From Blastocystis sp. Blastoise (Eukaryota > Protista > Bigyra: Opalinata): DNA of 64,000 nt. The number at the start of each line of letters is the position of its first letter. Position 1 is the stretch's first letter. The translations under genes and the position numbers were made by a program. Shown here in pieces: positions 46,694-60,100 of this stretch. The notes under the pieces were generated by a model. The model was not told the origin of the DNA, ran no database searches, and worked only from the letters and a program-made list of their open reading frames with translations. The stretch is taken from the NCBI GenBank assembly GCA_039096225.1, contig JBBPEB010000030.1:124001-188000 (forward strand), written 5' to 3'.

Positions 46694-47673
46694 TATATAT
46701 TATATTTTATATATATACTATATGTGTTTTCTCTTTTTTTTTATAATTGTAAAAACTATTTGTTATATATGTTTGATTTAATGTATTATATGGAATTCTT
46801 CATTTTACTGTTTTCATGTTTGCTTTTCATATTATTTTTCTTTATTTTATAAGGGATAGAATTGGGACTTAAAATATCTATTTTGCTGTGTTTGTTTTTC
46901 TATGTATATATATATAAGTATTTTTTGTTCCTATAGATCAACTAGAATAAAGTAAAAAAAAAAAACATTTTTAATGAATTGAATTTTATAAAAATTTATA
47001 TTATTATAGTATTTAAAATGTTTACAATAAATGTATTCAATCTAAGAAACCAAACAAAAATAAGTATTCAATAACAAGAAAAGAATAATGATATAAAAAA
47101 AGAAAGACAAAAAATAATAAATATAGATATTAGGAATATAAAATGAAAAAGAAAAATGAAAGTGATATGACAATAAATAATAATGCCATAATAAGAATAA
47201 CACAACAATTTAAAAAAAAAAAGGAAATCAATAATGAAGAAAATAGAAAAAAAGTTGTATAAAAAAACAACAATAGAAACAATAAGATTGTAAAAGAAAT
47301 AGAATATCACATCAATATAATAATTGACTTAAGAAATATAAATATAGAACATAAAAAAAGTATTTGTTATTTACTTTGATATTATTTATACATAAGAACT
47401 AATCTAAAATAAAAGTAAAAAGGAAAATAGAAAAATGAAAAGTAAAAAATTTGTATTTATAGAATAATAAAAGAGTGAACACAGATGAAAAGAATACAAG
47501 TATATATATAAATATAGCATTGAAAAGGAAGAAAAAAGAGGGTATATACAAGAAAAAAGAAGGCATCGAAACACGACAATAGAATATATATAAAGCTTCA
47601 AAAAAATTTATATATAATCAAGGAAGGCTACAATAGAATATATTAATATATAAATAATATAAATAAGAATCAT

Positions 47674-49446
47674 TTAGCATAGTCCATAAACTTCAATATC
47701 ATCTACAATAAATGTATTTCGAGAGTCTTTTCCCGCGGTATTAACGAAGAGAGAAGAACGTTGAGGAGTTTCTTTTACGGAGTACGAATTAGAAGTACAA
47801 TAACTTAAAGAGTTTTTATTACATTCATCATAAATAGCAATACATCCACCTGCTCCAAATATAGGACCAAAGGAAGCACTATTATATATAGCTTTTTCAG
47901 GATCTGCTATATTATATCGAGAAGGTGCTATTTGATGTTCGTTTATTAAAGTGAAGAGAAAAGCTTCAGAATCATAACAAAAACCTATAATATTTATAAT
48001 ATATTTAATATATATAATGAATATATATATACTATCTGTACAATTCCATGATTGACTAGTATATCCTCCAAATATATTAATACCCATTTTCTTATTAACT
48101 TGACGAACAATAACTACAGTTTCCCCGTGGTAATCACAATGTGAATGAAATGATGACGCACTATAACCATCACGAGATCCTCTATATATAATAATATATA
48201 ATATTAATAAACATAATACTAATAAACATAATAATAATAAATATATATAATAATAAACATATATAATAATAATAATAAACATATATAATAATAATAATAA
48301 ACATATATAATAATAATATATAATATTAATAATAAACATATATAATAATATAATAATAAACATAAACATAATAATAATAATAAACATAAACATAATAATA
48401 ATAATATAATAATAATAATACTATAATAAAATATACCTATATAATAATTTCCATTGTTTATATTTTCCAAGCCAACTTGCTAATATATCAGCATAATATT
48501 GATTTAATATTACAGAATCTTTTATAACAGGAAATAATTTATCTTTAATTGAAGAATAAATTACTCGGCCAAACATTTCTAAATCAGAAAACAAACTATT
48601 ATAATCAAATGTCTTCTGTATTTCTTTTGGAATAGTAATTGTATTATTTTCAATATATTCATGTATATATTCAGTATGTTTTATAGTTTTATTTAAATAA
48701 AATTTCTCTTGATAATAATCATAAGGAAGAAAACTATGATTTTCACGTTTAATCAACTCTTCTAGAAGATTATTCTTATATAAATAATTATAAATAAGAC
48801 TATCATGCTTTCCATTTATCGTCAAATCTAATGCCTTTCCTTTCTGATATTTACGAACTTGTCTCTCCATAATTTTTGTTAAACAAACTAAAGATTCAGG
48901 AACAGGAAGACCAAATGAAACAAATACATTGACTAATTCATATTGCTCATCATTAGAATATTCACTAAAATCTATTTTCTTACCTTGAAGGTAATCAAAA
49001 ATAACGGGTGCATACGTATCATCAAAATCAACATAAATAGATCCATCAGGAGATCGCACATTACATTGAGATAGATCGTATATATAAGATCCAGGATAGT
49101 CAGAAAGACAGTGATGCTTTACATAATAATAACAACTCGAATTTCGGAAAGTAAACGTATCTACATCGTCTTCTTGATTACTTGAAGTTGAGGAATGAGA
49201 GGACACTGAGGAATTATGAGAACTTTGAGAAGAAACACTACAATAAGACTCTTTATCAAAATCACCGTTACAATAGGACATCATTGATTTGACAGACCGA
49301 TCTATCAATTGAAGAGATACATTCACATGACTAACTCCTAATGACCATGATGATATCAAACAACAGGCAATTTCTTGAACCGAATGGCTAAAGGTACTTA
49401 GATCTGTTTGAAGCCGACTTAAATCTGAATAAAACATCTGATCCAT
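47674..49446 (-). CDS. TLDc-domain protein with N-terminal BTB-like region; 3 exons
   Basis: WKLLYR|GSRDGYSASSFHSHCD...IFGGYTSQSW...AFLFTL...GPIFG...DDIEVY. N-terminal YPGSYIY...DGSIYVDFD...IFDYL is BTB/KCTD-like. Confidence 0.88.
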
Positions 49447-49725
49447 CTTTGAAAATATCAAAGAATATTTAACAAAATACAATATAATTAAAAATTGGTT
49501 CTCTAACTTTTTTTTCTGCAAAATTAGCTATTTGTTAAACTTGCAAATCATTTGATTACTTATTATCTTCGTCTTTGTCCACATTATTCAGGGACGAAGT
49601 TTCCCATTATTTGTGTTCATTTTAGTAAATGGAATTCATCTACTAAAAATTCGGTTTAATGATAGTTTTTAAAACTTGTCATTTTTAGTTCTTTGTATGG
49701 TTTTCTTCACCATTCTTTTTCGGTT

Positions 49726-49871
49726 ACACTAGTAGGCATTTTGTTTTTTAGTAAAAAAATCTATCTAATGGGTAACCAAAACCTTATCTAAAAAAAGGGC
49801 TATTTTCTTATCTAACGACAAAAAATCTTCTCTAACCATATGCCAGGAAGTTATCTAACACGTCTGACCCA
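49726..49871. promoter_or_regulatory. Candidate cis-regulatory module upstream of the TLDc gene
   Basis: ACACTAGTAGGCA (49726-49738), a cluster of TATCTAA(C) copies, and TGACCCA. The same motifs recur at 56640-56754. Confidence 0.5.
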
Positions 49872-50096
49872 GCTGGCATCTTTTTTTTTAAGAGCAGTTT
49901 TTGGTGTTTTTCTTTTCTAACACAAGGCAAATATATGTCTATTTGTATTTTATCTGCTCTAAAGGTATCTATATTTTTCTCTAATACACATTTTAAACAC
50001 ATTATTATGTATTTTTAAGATAGAATTTGGGTGCTATTTGTTGGATAAAACCTGTCTTATTTATTTATTTAATCGTTGTGTGAATGATAATTAAAA

Positions 50097-50811
50097 TTAT
50101 ATTAACAAAAGACAATAAATAATAATATAATAATTAAAACAATAAGAAAAATAAGAAAAATAAGAAAAATAATAATTATTTTTGTTTGTTTTAACTAAAT
50201 TGGGAACCATTTTAATGACTATACATATAAAAATAATAGAAATAATAATAATATAGATAATAAATAAATATATACCTTGTAATAATACTTCTAAAGCGAC
50301 TCCATGAAGAAAAACCACAACTATAAAAATAAATGTAAACAAATATATATAATATAATAATATACCTTCAACCATCAAGAAATTGTTGACCAATCGGAAC
50401 CACTGAGAAAACCTAGAACCTATATAAAAATAAAAAATAGTTAATTTCAAAAAATATTAATATAATTAAATACCTTTAGAACCATGAAGTTGTCGACTAG
50501 GGAGACCTCCTACAACATCTGAACCTATAGAAGATAATATTAATAAAAAACTACAACAATGTAAAAATATATACCTTTTATAGCACCGGATTTCGGATCA
50601 CCTAAACCACACAACTCACGAGTTAACTTTAAAATATGAAGAGGAATCAGGACCTATTTGAAGCTATTTCGACGGACCCGTAAGCCTATATGATATAAAA
50701 TAAATAAATTATATAGTATACATTTTAAAAACTATATAAAATAGTTGCGAATCAATTAAAAATAAAAATAAATATGAAATTTTTTAGAATTTATTTTAAA
50801 AATACATACAT
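50097..50811 (-). other. Six-exon orphan transcript (small protein or spliced ncRNA)
   Basis: GC-rich exons 50575-50685 (or -50653), 50474-50524, 50366-50419, 50276-50320 and <=50218, separated by canonical gtat...tag introns. Every internal exon ends AAG|GT. Confidence 0.6.
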
Positions 50812-51449
50812 GGCCCTAAAAATACAGAAAATCTTTTTTTTCTATAATAAAAGTCTCTATAAATTTCTTTATTTCCAGGGGTTATCAAATCTCTAAAATT
50901 CTCCTTTTTTCTACTAAAACGTCTATTTGAATGCTAAATTGAGTTATAAATGTATTTTATATGTATTAAGCTAGATTACTTCATTACAACATGTTTCTAG
51001 ACTTAAAAGAGCAGAAACAAACTTATTTTAGCAAACTATAATTTCTATTTGAAATATTTGTAACAATATATATATAATAGTATTTGATTCATAATATAAA
51101 TGCCATAGAGAATAAAAATATATATTTGACATAGTTGTTTATAAAGTCATAATTCACATTTACGAACATTTTTATTATAATATATTTTATTTTAATGGAT
51201 TGTTGATATTATAAGTAAGTGAATGAATTGAGAAGGTTTGCAAGTTGTTATCAACATAAAATAATAAAATCTAATAAAAATATAAACAGGATTAATACGT
51301 ATTCCATTTTACTATTATTCGAAAAGAATTCTTTACAATAATCTCATTCTATAATATTTACAAAACAAAATGAATAATATATAATTAAATATAACATAAT
51401 AGAAGACATATATAAAAGTTAATAGACAATAAAAATATATATATGTATA

Positions 51450-52143
51450 TGACTTCTTTCTTTATCCTATATAAATTAATTATAAAAATATCTATAATTT
51501 AGTATATATATATATGAGATTTTTCATCATCTACAATATACAAAGCGCATTATCTATCAGTCTATATAACATATATAATAATAAAATAAAAATATTAAAT
51601 ATAATAAGTATAATAGTATATATATATATATACAAGACATATAATAATGTTTTGATAATTATGGTTTTCAATGAGGGATATAAAACGCTGGTATTATAGG
51701 AGGTATGTAGCAGTATATATATTGATGTATCTGTAGTTCATAAGTATATAATAAGCCTTGTTTGTAGTATGTCTAATATCTATCTATATATATATATATT
51801 ATATAATTAATAATAAATATAAAAGAGTAAATAATATATAATATGCTACATCAAAAGTTATATAAAGTGAATATATATATACATAATTAAAATATTCTTG
51901 AGAGTAAGTATTTCCCGCGATTATTGATTTATAAAGACAACAAGCCACTGTAAGGAGGGATGATGAAGGAGAAGATAAGAGGAAAGTAGTATATAACCAC
52001 GGGAATAATTAAGTATATCTAAAGATATAAGTATTAAATATTATATATATATACCTAATAAAATATTTAATAAGAAGATCATATAAGTAGATGAAGAAAG
52101 ATTCACATATCTATAGATTGTATATAATAATAATAATAATAAT

Positions 52144-52188
<45 letters not shown>

Positions 52189-53332
52189 AAATCATATTCA
52201 CATCATATTTTTCTTCTTTATTCGCGGTTTTCAGTCGATTACGAAGAAGAGAATATACATATTGAACATCAATAGCTATATATTATACATAATAAAACCA
52301 TAATAAATGTAATAAATATAATAAATATAAAAAATATAAAACATACAATGATTTTTATCTTCTTCTCTTTTTCCTATATACCTAAACATATCTATCATTT
52401 CTTTTTCTTTCTTCTTTCCTGTTTCTTCTTCACCTTCAATTTCAACAGTATTCAGTATATAACTCAATTCATAAATCAGTTCACCAATAGGTTTTTCTTC
52501 TCCTTCTCCTCTTTCTTTCTCTTCATAAGTATTCATTAATCCTATTTCTTCTTCTTCAGGTACTTCCATATCATCATCATCCATCAAATCATTTCCTGTA
52601 TCTTTATATGCACCTGTGAAATAATTAGTAGGAGGAGGAGGAGGAAAAGGAGGACTATAGACTTCTTTTAAACTATTATGACTCATATTAAAGGAAATAG
52701 AATGACTATTTATCTTCTTTAATGTATGTAATTGAGGAGGTATATAAGAAGAAGGACAGAGAGCTATTTGTATAATATCAGCTATTCTTGCTAATAATGT
52801 ATACATAATATCTTGAGGAATATAATTCGATTCATATATATATATAGACTTACTAATATTATTTCTCTTCTTTGTATTATATATAATAATATGATATAAT
52901 ATTATAGTAAGAAACGAGATAGTAAGGTATATAACTGAAATGGATTTCAGAGAAGGTTCAAAAGTATATAATAAATTGAAGAATGATTTATAACCATCAT
53001 TTAAATATATTGCATTCTTAAACCATGTTGTTAAGAAGTCTATGATAATATATAATAATAATAATAATATATATATATATATATATACAAAGCTATCTGA
53101 TTTATAAAGTGGAATCAATGGAATATCACGTGCTTTTCTTCATTTGATTCGGGAGTACAAATACATCCTTAACGGAAAATATACTCACCAACTGTTTTAA
53201 TAGAATTTCGAATAGAATCAGGAATAGGTTGTGATTCAGGGATGTCATTTAAATATAATACTAGCAATTTACTTATACCTTAATACTCTATATATAATAT
53301 GAATATAAGTATTTATATATATGTATAAGTAT

Positions 53333-53365
<33 letters not shown>

Positions 53366-55020
53366 AGTATATATATATATATACTTGTACTGTACATATA
53401 TTATCACATGTATTCAATAATAAACTTTGTAAATATTCACGTTCTATATATAATAATAAGTATAATTCTATATATATATACGTTGATTAGGGAAGAGAGG
53501 GAGTAGTTGACATATAATGGTAGTTGCTTGAATGGATTCATATATACGGTTATTATGAACAGCCTCATAAAATATATCAATATCCTTATTTGTTAACTAT
53601 ATATATAAGAATATATATATATATATAATGATAATAATAAAGAATATAATAATAATAAGTAAATACAAGGATAGCAGTACATATATATTGAAGAAGAGAG
53701 AGAGAGACAATCGTAATGTTTCTGTATTTAAACACTGTTGGAATAATACATCTAATATATCCTATATATATAATAAGTAATATATATATATAGTTATATA
53801 TACTCTGTCTCGTATGTATTGAACAAGTGATTTATAAATAGCAGATTTCTTTATCGTTTGAAGATCATGAAATAATGTAGTTAAATTAGTTATTCCCTAT
53901 ATATATATATATATGAAATTATTATATACATCAATTTTATTCTTCATATTCGATCTCATCAATATATATATATATATATATTAATATATAATTTTTGATA
54001 ATCATAAGGATCTTGATAACTATATATATATAAATAAATCATAATAAAAACTAATAATAATTACATTTTTCGTTTTTCAGCAAATTTCAGTGTATTAATA
54101 TATTCATCAACATCAATTTGGCGGGGAAAATCACTTGGTAAAAAATTTTAATAACTATATATATAATAATAATAAATACACCATAATATATATATATATA
54201 TATATATGTATACACCTTTCATTACAAATAGTTTCAAGTGAAGGAAGAGAGTAACTATATATATATATATATATATGCTTAATTTATACATAGAAAATAA
54301 GTATTCAAACTATATACATAATAATAGTAATAACATATTTAATATATATATATATACATCTTTTCCAAGGTTAACATCTGCCAATAATAGTTGCAATACA
54401 TTCATATATTCATATAAAGAAGCCTCTATAGATTTATATAAAGAGTAATAATATTAATAATAATATTGTTTATCTCTATATACCTCAACATATAACTTGA
54501 GGTACATACAGAGAATAGTGTCTATTAAAGGGGGGATTGAGGGAGTCACGAGATGATTACGTGATGAAATATCTAGAATCTTCTATATATCTGGATGTAC
54601 ATCGAAACTATAAATAAGTATTTATATAAAACCTATCATCATTAATATATATAAGTGCATAATATTAATTAGAAACAAAGGATTAAAAAATATGTTATCA
54701 TATAAATACCATATATATATATATAATATAAATAATATACTTTTTATTCTTATAGTAATAAGTAAGTTGTTATTTCGAATGTATATTGTAAGAATAAATG
54801 ACGAAAAGAAATGATACATCAGGTAACAAAATAGCTTGAATCTATAGATTGATAATTAATAGAATAATAAACTAAAAGATAATTATAATAATAATATATA
54901 TATTTACTTGAATATTCTATTATCTATAAATCTTCACATATTTATATCAATTGAAATAAGTTCAATAGCTATTCTTACATATAATTCTAATCATAAAACA
55001 AGTTGTATCTCATATTCTAA

Positions 55021-55061
<41 letters not shown>

Positions 55062-56554
55062 ATGAATAGATATAGATATAGAAACTAATATTCTTATAGT
55101 TTTTGTATATATACTAATAAACTAAAATATAATTATAATTAAACGTATAATAATAAAGATTATAATATATAATAATATATAAACATATATATACTTGATT
55201 GAGTTCCACATGTTCTAGAAGCAAAGAATATAGATATAGAATAGGTGATTCCAGGAATAAGACCTAATTTATCTGCATAATTCGTTATATTAATATGAGA
55301 ACCAACTGGAGTATTATAACTATATATATAATAATAATATATAAAATATAATATATACCCTCCATAATCTAAGAATAAATGTTTATTAATAAAAACCCAT
55401 AATCCATTATTCGTTTCAAAATCTATAAATTGATCTGTTCTATTCTCATATCTATATATATAATAATAATATTATATAAATATAAAATAATAATATACAA
55501 GAAGAATAGATTTATTTTCATAGTAAATTAATATTTCTTACCAATATATTCTTCTATTGAACTTAATGCATATCCTCCTTTTACATCTGTTAAAGGAAAA
55601 TATGTAGGACTAGAAGATATAAAAAATTATAGAATATATATATATATATAAATATATATATATATAAATATACGAGAAATAGCAACAAAAGCCCGAATAT
55701 TATTATCACCATAATCGTTCACTTTATCACATACTGTTTCTACTCTATCTTCTTTTGAATATAAATTTGAATATATATATCTATATAAAAAAATATAATA
55801 ATAATAAATATAAAATATATACTTTGGATAATTTGAAGGTTGTTTCGTAATAAAATTATCTGTATAATGAATAATACAATCACGAATAGCAAATCCTTTC
55901 TCATCTATATATATATAATACATAAATGTTATATATAATTAAACAAATAAATAAATTCTTATATTAATAATATAATTAAATAGATAAAAATAAATAATTA
56001 AATACATATAAATAAACATATATATATACAAACTATTTTACAACTGATATCGTATTTGGTATTTGAAAATATCAGAGAAACCACAAGATTCAAGAATGGA
56101 GTAAGAAATAACTTTTCTATATAATATATAAATTGTAAATATATATAAAATATGAATAGGGTAAATAAAAATCAAATGAATATTTTTGATAGGAAAAGAG
56201 AAAAAAGAGAAATGTGCCAATGCAATAAAAAATTAAATAGATATATTTATATACGCTCTATATTGTCTTGACTTGTTGTTTAGAAGAAGTACTGACGAAA
56301 ATAACCAAGAAATCTAAGTGAATAAAAAAAGAAATGTAATAAAATACCTTATAATAAATAAACCCACAAGTCTCTGTTATGGACCTTTCTAAAACTAGTC
56401 AAGGAGAATGTCTGAAAGGAAGAGGATATCCAGAATCGAAAACCTATAAGAATGATGTAAAACACTATGATAAATTTTATAAATAAATACTAACACATTA
56501 TGAACACTGCTTAGAAACATCTATAATAACTGTAATCAGTTCTAATTTGTTCAT
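51450..56554 (-). pseudogene. Decayed multi-exon gene containing a fibro-slime (PA14-subfamily) domain; boundaries approximate
   Basis: Exons ~55195-55610 give TYFPLTD..., KY*FTMKINLFF, FIDFETNNGLWVFINKHLFLDYGG, KLGLIPGITYSISIFFASRTCGTQS. In-frame TAA at 55528-55530, a frame break before the WVFIN exon, and further stops/frameshifts at ~53100-53270 and 56250-56500. Confidence 0.65.
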
Positions 56555-56639
56555 ATAAACAACAAATTTAAAAATATATATATGAATTCATAATTCATTT
56601 CTAATTTTTCAAATTTTATCCTTTCTTAAAAAACCAGAA

Positions 56640-56754
56640 GTCTGTCTAAATTTAAAAAGTATGTCTAAAAAAAAGGCGAGAACGCTTTGGTGCGTTTTCG
56701 TTATCTAACGTGACCCAAAAATATATCTAACGCGAAAAACGTGCCTACTAGTGT
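56640..56754. promoter_or_regulatory. Candidate cis-regulatory module upstream of the fibro-slime locus
   Basis: TGCCTACTAGTGT (56742-56754) is the reverse complement of 49726-49738. Also TATCTAACG twice, TGACCCA, and TCTAAAAAAAAGGC. Confidence 0.5.
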
Positions 56755-57191
56755 TATATTCTATTTTTAGCATTGTTTCCATTTACAGAAACGCTTATAG
56801 TTCATTTATATCTAAATAAATTATTTATTTTATATTCTAATCTTATTGGATCTGATAATTTCCTTAATTGTTTCCTCTTTTTGGATTCGAACGATCACAA
56901 CCAATTTCAGTAGGATATTAATCTTGACTCGTTGAGCTCTCGATTATACCCGACAACCCAAAGTTAATAGTAAATGAATTTTAGTATTTATAATTATTTT
57001 TTTCATCATCTTAATGAAAAAAACTATAAAAACATGCAACCAACTATATGATGAATAGTAATACTCGTGAAGTTCTTTTATTAAATAATCAAACTTTGAA
57101 ATGACAACAAATTATTTTTTTTAGCTATTATTACCATATATTTAGATGTTAGAAATATGAATAAAAAAAGTTATGAAGCAAATGATTGATT

Positions 57192-60100
57192 TTATTTGAG
57201 GGAAAACATTGTTAACCCATAGAATGTACTTATTGTTTGCGGGTCATCATCTAGATATTAATATGTAGTGATTAGAATATTATTTTGGATAAATCAAATA
57301 ATAAATAAAATATTAGATAACCTTACCTTTCTTAATGTATTTCCATCCAATATGTTCACCACAGTACGAGCAATAAAGAATACACCACTCATATCCTGGA
57401 TACCAAGAATCATCACTGAATGTCTCAGAAGCTATGTAAAAACGTACAATTAAAACTAAAGAGCAAAATAAATATATATACGGTCATATTTAACAAAATA
57501 AACAGTGGATACCGAAAGAACTGTATGCATAAATCCTAGATCATTATAGTATTGAATAGTATAATATTATATAAATGTTTATTCTTTGTATATATATACC
57601 TCCTCTATTAGTAAATGAATGAAGTGCTCCAGAAAGCATTATATTTCTATCATTAGTATTCTCAGTTGAAGGAAAAATAGTAGAAGTATCATAATTATTC
57701 TTAGAAAGTGAGTATAAAATATCTTTCTTCTTCATATGGAGAATATTACAATATCTACATCTAAATTCGCCATTCTATATATATATATAATACACATAAT
57801 ATACTATATACTATATATATAATATATATATACATCTTGTTCCAGAATATTAACAAGCGAATTCATTCTCTCTAGAAGTGAGTCAATCATATATAAAGAG
57901 AATTGGTTTTGGAGTGAAACAGGATTATTAATCAAGATAAATACAAGTAATCCAGATAATGTAGAGGGAATACAATAGGAATTCACCTCATCTCTCTAAT
58001 ATATATAATATACTATTATATTATATTATATTATATTATATTATATTATATTATATTATATTATATTATATTATATTATATTATATTATATATACAAAAA
58101 ATTGTTTATCTTTACATATATTGATTGCAATATCAATTAATTTGTCCTGAGAAAACATTTTCTTTATTGACGGTAAGATAGAAGAAGTTATCTCTATAAT
58201 GATTAACGATATCAGTCATAGAAATACTTAGAATAATAATTATATATATATATATATATAATATACTTGAAGGAGTAGGTGGTTCATATTCATATATAAT
58301 TGTTGCCTATAAATAAAGATATATATATAAGTATAAATATATTAATATAAAAATATATACATATTAATATATATATATTAATATAATAGAAAGACTGAAT
58401 TATTCAATTCAATATATTTATTATAAACATATTTTTAACAACTAGTAGAATATATATATATATACTATTCCTTGAGCAATTCCATTAGGTGTGATAGTAA
58501 TAGAAGTAATTTGGCATTTATATAACCCTTGGATTTCACATCGAAGAGAATTTTGATTATCCTACAGATATACATATATATATATTATATATATCATATT
58601 AAATTTAAATAAAAATACAAATAATATCTATATACAATAAAATATTTAGTGATTTTAAATAGAGTAGCAATTGTTTTGTTATTTCCAGAAACATTTAATA
58701 AACATATATATCGTTTTTCTAGTTTTTCAGATCGATTCATATCCGCCTGAATTCTACTTAAAACAGTGTCATTAAAGATATCGTGATCTAAAACTTCATT
58801 TGTTTCCGTATAATGGTGAATAAGTTGTTTATAATAATCTTTTATATGATATTGTTTTATTTGTTTAACCCAGTCAGGATCAGATATCCATAAATGAGCA
58901 TACATATCTGGAAATAATATCAAACTCTATATATATATATATAATACTATATTAGCTATGAAATATAAATATCAATAATAAACTATATAATAAAAATAAG
59001 TATAGATCTATTAGTTATACATAATAGATATCATTAATAAGGAATATAAACCTATATATACTGGAGTCGTAAGAATATCGACATTTATACAATCTATAGT
59101 ATCAGGATTAATATCTATAGAATTAACTAGAAGATTTCCTAAGTATTGATTACTCGATTCCATAGAATTAGCACTATAAACTATATCCCTTGATATATTA
59201 ATAGTATTCCATTGTGTTCCTGTTTCTCTCATTTGTAGTTCTTCTTGAGTATTCCTAATATCAGTAGCACTAGTTAGATTGCTACTGTCTATAGAAGAAG
59301 AAGGTGATCTATCTGATAAAGGAGACGCACTAGAAATAGAACGAGGAAGAAGATGAGGTATATCTCCATATTCTTGAGAAGCAAGTACTAAATGATCTTC
59401 TGTTCGATCTAAACCACGTAACAGTGTTTCTATTTCAGCTATAGTCTCATCATTAGCAAGTAGCTCTTCCTCTTCTTCTAATTCTTCCTCATTATCTTCC
59501 TCTATATCACTATTATTATCCATATTATTAATGTTGTTATGAGTATCATGAATTGAATCATCAGAATTATTATTAGCATTATTAGCATTATTATTGTTAT
59601 TGTTATTGTTATTATTATTATTGTTGTTATTATTATTAGCATTATTATCACTATTATTATGATTATTATTATTATCATCACTATTATCATCACTATTATT
59701 ATCATCACTATTATCATCACTATTATCATCATCACTATTATTATCACCATGATCACCATAACTATTATTACTCGAAATATCTTCATCGTAGTCACTATAA
59801 GAATTATTACTATTATTTTGATTAATATCATCGTCTGTTGAACCATAAGCATTTCGAAGAGTATTTATAAATAACTGCTGGAAATTCTCTAGAAATTGAC
59901 GATTACGCAGCAAAGTAGAGACAGAAACAGTATTCATATGATCAGTAATAAAATTATCTTCGTCATTTATACTTATAAAGTCACTTTCTTCATCATCGAT
60001 TCTATCACTACCATCATTACCATCACTATTATTATCACTATTATCATCTTCACTACTATTATCATCTTCTTCGTCACTATTATAACTATAACTATTATTA

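Noticed and set aside
56880-56963. GC-richer ~80-nt island with B-box-like GTTCGAATCC on the minus strand (tRNA-like)
   Set aside because: Neither the T stem nor the acceptor stem pairs, so I cannot support a tRNA. tRNAscan-SE or Infernal would settle it.
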